Source: Escherichia phage Peacock. From it: DNA of 39,233 nt. Made by a program: the position numbers and the translations under genes. The stretch lies in the sequence record MK903279.1, one strand, 5' to 3'. Under the pieces are notes generated by a model that saw nothing but the letters and a program-made list of their open reading frames with translations, searched no databases and had not been told where the DNA came from. Of the stretch, positions 36,772-39,233 are shown piece by piece (the stretch's first letter is position 1; each line of letters starts with the position of its first letter).

Positions 36772-38531
36772 GTAAAGACCTAGTGGCGCGTCAGGCGCTA
36801 ATGACTGCCCGTATGAAGGCAGACTTCGTGTTCTTCCTGTTCGTCCTGTGGAAAGCTCTGTCACTACCAGTCCCGACTCGCTGTCAGATTGACATGGCGA
36901 AGAAACTATCAGCTGGGGACAACAGGCGCTTCATCCTTCAGGCGTTCCGTGGTATCGGTAAGTCCTTCATTACGTGTGCCTTCGTGGTCTGGAAGCTATG
37001 GAACAACCCAGACTTGAAGTTCATGATTGTGTCGGCCTCAAAGGAACGAGCAGATGCGAACTCCATCTTCATCAAGCGAATCATCGACCTCATGCCACAG
37101 CTTCAGGAGCTCAAACCTAAGCAGGGACAGCGAGATGCGGTTATCAGCTTCGACGTTGGGCCAGCCAAGCCAGACCACTCACCTTCTGTTAAGTCAGTTG
37201 GTATCACTGGTCAGTTGACTGGTAGTCGTGCTGACATCCTGATTGCCGATGACGTGGAGGTTCCGAACAACTCAGCGACTCAGGCTGCACGAGACCGTCT
37301 GTCAGAGCTTGTGAAAGAGTTCGACGCTATTCTGAAGCCGGGAGGTACAATCATTTATCTGGGTACTCCTCAGAACGAGATGACCTTGTACCGTGAGCTG
37401 GAAGGTCGTGGATATACCACTACTATCTGGCCTGCTCGTTATCCACGCGACAGGAAGGACTGGCAGTCTTACGGCGACCGTCTGGCTCCTATGCTTCAGG
37501 CAGAGCTGGAAGAGGACCCTGAGTCCTTCTACTGGCGTCCGACTGATGAAGTACGATTCGATGATACGGACCTGAAGGAACGTGAGCTGTCCTACGGTAA
37601 AGCTGGCTTCGCTCTACAGTTCATGCTTAACCCGAACCTGAGTGATGCCGAGAAGTACCCTCTGAAGCTCCGTGACCTTATCGTAGCCGACTTGGACCCA
37701 GCGTCCAGCCCAATGGTCTACCAATGGTTGCCGAACCCTCAGAACAAGCGTGAGGACGTTCCTAACGTTGGACTCATTGGTGACTCGTACCACACGTATC
37801 AGACTGTAGGTTCTGCCTTCAGCTCATACACCCAGAAGATTCTGGTCATTGACCCTAGTGGTCGTGGTAAGGATGAAACTGGTTATGCGGTACTGTATCA
37901 GCTCAACGGCTACATCTTCGCTATGGAAGTAGGTGGTATGCGTGGTGGTTATGAAGACTCTACGTTGGAAGCCTTGGCTAAGATTGGTCGTAAGTGGAAG
38001 GTCAACGAGTACGTCATTGAGGGTAACTTCGGTGATGGTATGTACCTTGAGTTATTCAAGCCTGTAGCTGCCCGTATCCATCCTGCTGCTGTAACTGAAG
38101 TGAAGAGTAAGGGTCAGAAAGAACTACGCATCTGTGACGTTCTGGAGCCTATCATGGGGTCTCACAGACTTATCGTTAACGCTGCTGCTATCGTCCAAGA
38201 CTACCAGTCAGCCTCTGATAAGGATGGTGTTCGTAATCCTATCTACTCTCTCTTCTACCAGATGACACGTATATCTCGTGAACGTGGCGCCTTGGCACAC
38301 GATGACCGACTTGATGCGCTGGCTATCGGTGTACAGTTCTTCGTTGAGTCTATGGCTAAGGATGCCAACAAAGGCGAACGTGAAGTAACTGAGGAGTGGC
38401 TGGAGGAACAGATGGAGAACCCACGGAAAGGCTTCGAGTCCATCCACACTGAGTTCTGGGACAATGGGGTCCGGGTAACTCACGATACGGACGACGAGCT
38501 TGGACTAGGGTCCTACGTTACGTTCCACTAG
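36768..38531 (+). CDS. Terminase large subunit (T7 gene 19 homolog), TTG start
   Basis: ...[59 protein letters not shown]... matches T7 gp19 including the Walker A region; AAGGAGG RBS 7 nt upstream of TTG 36768 gives the same N-terminal length as T7. Confidence 0.95.
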   Translation: MSKDLVARQALMTARMKADFVFFLFVLWKALSLPVPTRCQIDMAKKLSAGDNRRFILQAFRGIGKSFITCAFVVWKLWNNPDLKFMIVSASKERADANSIFIKRIIDLMPQLQELKPKQGQRDAVISFDVGPAKPDHSPSVKSVGITGQLTGSRADILIADDVEVPNNSATQAARDRLSELVKEFDAILKPGGTIIYLGTPQNEMTLYRELEGRGYTTTIWPARYPRDRKDWQSYGDRLAPMLQAELEEDPESFYWRPTDEVRFDDTDLKERELSYGKAGFALQFMLNPNLSDAEKYPLKLRDLIVADLDPASSPMVYQWLPNPQNKREDVPNVGLIGDSYHTYQTVGSAFSSYTQKILVIDPSGRGKDETGYAVLYQLNGYIFAMEVGGMRGGYEDSTLEALAKIGRKWKVNEYVIEGNFGDGMYLELFKPVAARIHPAAVTEVKSKGQKELRICDVLEPIMGSHRLIVNAAAIVQDYQSASDKDGVRNPIYSLFYQMTRISRERGALAHDDRLDALAIGVQFFVESMAKDANKGEREVTEEWLEEQMENPRKGFESIHTEFWDNGVRVTHDTDDELGLGSYVTFH

Positions 38532-38625
38532 CTGAATGAATAATTATAGGTGAAAGCTGCATGAATACGCGGTTAGTAACCTATAGTTACTACCAGTCTA
38601 ACCTACTGTTTTACAAGGAGTTTGG

Positions 38626-38648
38626 ACTTAACTATCACTATAGGGAAG
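38626..38648 (+). promoter_or_regulatory. Phage promoter (phiOR-like)
   Basis: GACTTAACTATCACTATAGGGAAGACC; +1 G at 38643. Confidence 0.7.
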
Positions 38649-38828
38649 ACCCCCGGTTACTTATAGTATTACTGTAGTGAATATACATATGCAGACTTTA
38701 TGCAAGACCTTAGGAGGCAGACTCCGAGTTCTTACCTAAGGCTTGCACCGCTGTAAGGAGGGTGATATTAATCATAATCCCTCCAATACAGATAGTCACC
38801 GACCATAGATACAGGAGGTATGTAGCAT

Positions 38829-38987
38829 ATGGCAAAGACCAAAGCTGTACTTAAAGCTCTGGCGACCAATCGAGCTACATACAGGTTTCTTGCTGCTGTT
38901 CTACTTGCTGCTGGCGTTACTGCTGGAAGTCAGTGGGTCGGGTGGGTCGAGACTCTCGTATGTACTCTGGTCTCTCAGTGTAATTAA
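38829..38987 (+). CDS. Gene 19.5-like small protein (52 aa)
   Basis: ...TYRFLAAVLLAAG... resembles T7 gp19.5 (...VTYRFLVVLCAALG...); GGAGGT RBS; not in ORF track (below 60 aa). Confidence 0.55.
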   Translation: MAKTKAVLKALATNRATYRFLAAVLLAAGVTAGSQWVGWVETLVCTLVSQCN

Positions 38988-39020
38988 CGCAATCATGGTA
39001 ACGATTCATGAGCGGAAGAC

Positions 39021-39063
39021 CTAAGGTCAGTACGTGGATAAAGACTCACTCTACTGACCTTAG
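39021..39063 (+). repeat. Perfect 12-bp inverted repeat (hairpin) near the right genome end
   Basis: CTAAGGTCAGTA (39021-39032) and TACTGACCTTAG (39052-39063) around a 19-nt spacer. Confidence 0.6.
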
Positions 39064-39186
39064 CTACTGTAGTCAAGGACTTTAGGTAACACCATTCAGG
39101 CTCTCACCTCTGGTCTACCTACTGATTGGTTCACTGGTCGTCATCCGATGGTCTTAGACCTACGGTCCTTGACCTACAGTAGCTGG
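39061..39186 (+). repeat. Right-end repeat region: imperfect inverted repeat and ACCTACAGT-type motifs
   Basis: TAGCTACTGTAGTCAAGG (39061-39078) is the near reverse complement of CCTTGACCTACAGTAGCTGG (39167-39186); GACCTACGGT / GACCTACAGT motifs mirror those at 247-300. Confidence 0.5.
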
Positions 39187-39233
39187 TTCCTAAGTAGGGA
39201 CGATGAGTTTTGGACCAAAAGTTTGAGACCACA

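Noticed and set aside
38740-38790. GGAGGG...CCCTCC inverted repeat upstream of gene 19.5
   Set aside because: Short 6-bp stem with a 16-nt loop, no U-tract; too weak to call as terminator or regulatory hairpin.

Overview
The window reads as an essentially complete genome of a T7-like lytic podophage (Autographiviridae, T7 supergroup). It starts with TCTCACAGT, the same 9 nt that begin the T7 genome as I recall it, and every supported gene is on the + strand in canonical T7 order: ocr, single-subunit RNA polymerase, genes 1.1/1.2, ATP-dependent DNA ligase, Gp2, SSB, endonuclease I, amidase/lysozyme, primase-helicase, DNA polymerase, 5.5/5.7, exonuclease, 6.7, 7.3, portal, scaffold, major capsid, tail tubular A/B, internal virion proteins 13-16, tail fiber, holin, small terminase, Rz/Rz1, large terminase and 19.5. 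Protein assignments rest on reading the ORF-track translations against remembered T7 protein sequences; nothing was searched or computed. Eleven copies of a phage-promoter motif (consensus TAAACTATCACTATAGGGA) punctuate the genome, with a T-phi-like terminator after the capsid gene and conserved RNase III-type hairpin elements at the positions of T7 R0.3, R1.1, R4.7 and R18.5. No tRNA, CRISPR array, integrase or minus-strand gene is supported. The parts that look accessory or unusual are: (1) a chimeric gene 17 whose T7-type N-terminal adaptor is fused to a pectate-lyase-like beta-helix (depolymerase-type tailspike) with a visible codon-usage break; (2) an ASCH/DUF3850-like ORF inserted between the tail tubular genes; (3) an early region without a 0.7-type kinase, holding ocr plus several small unknown ORFs behind near-identical structured leaders; (4) a phage promoter immediately upstream of the RNA polymerase gene; (5) extra ORFs after gene 1, one split by an in-frame amber codon; (6) an extra ORF between endonuclease I and lysozyme; (7) a G_GTT_TTC slippery site with an open -1 frame extending the capsid gene. 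I see no evidence for a wholly new multi-gene system; the small early and inserted ORFs are the best candidates for undescribed anti-defence or host-takeover functions.
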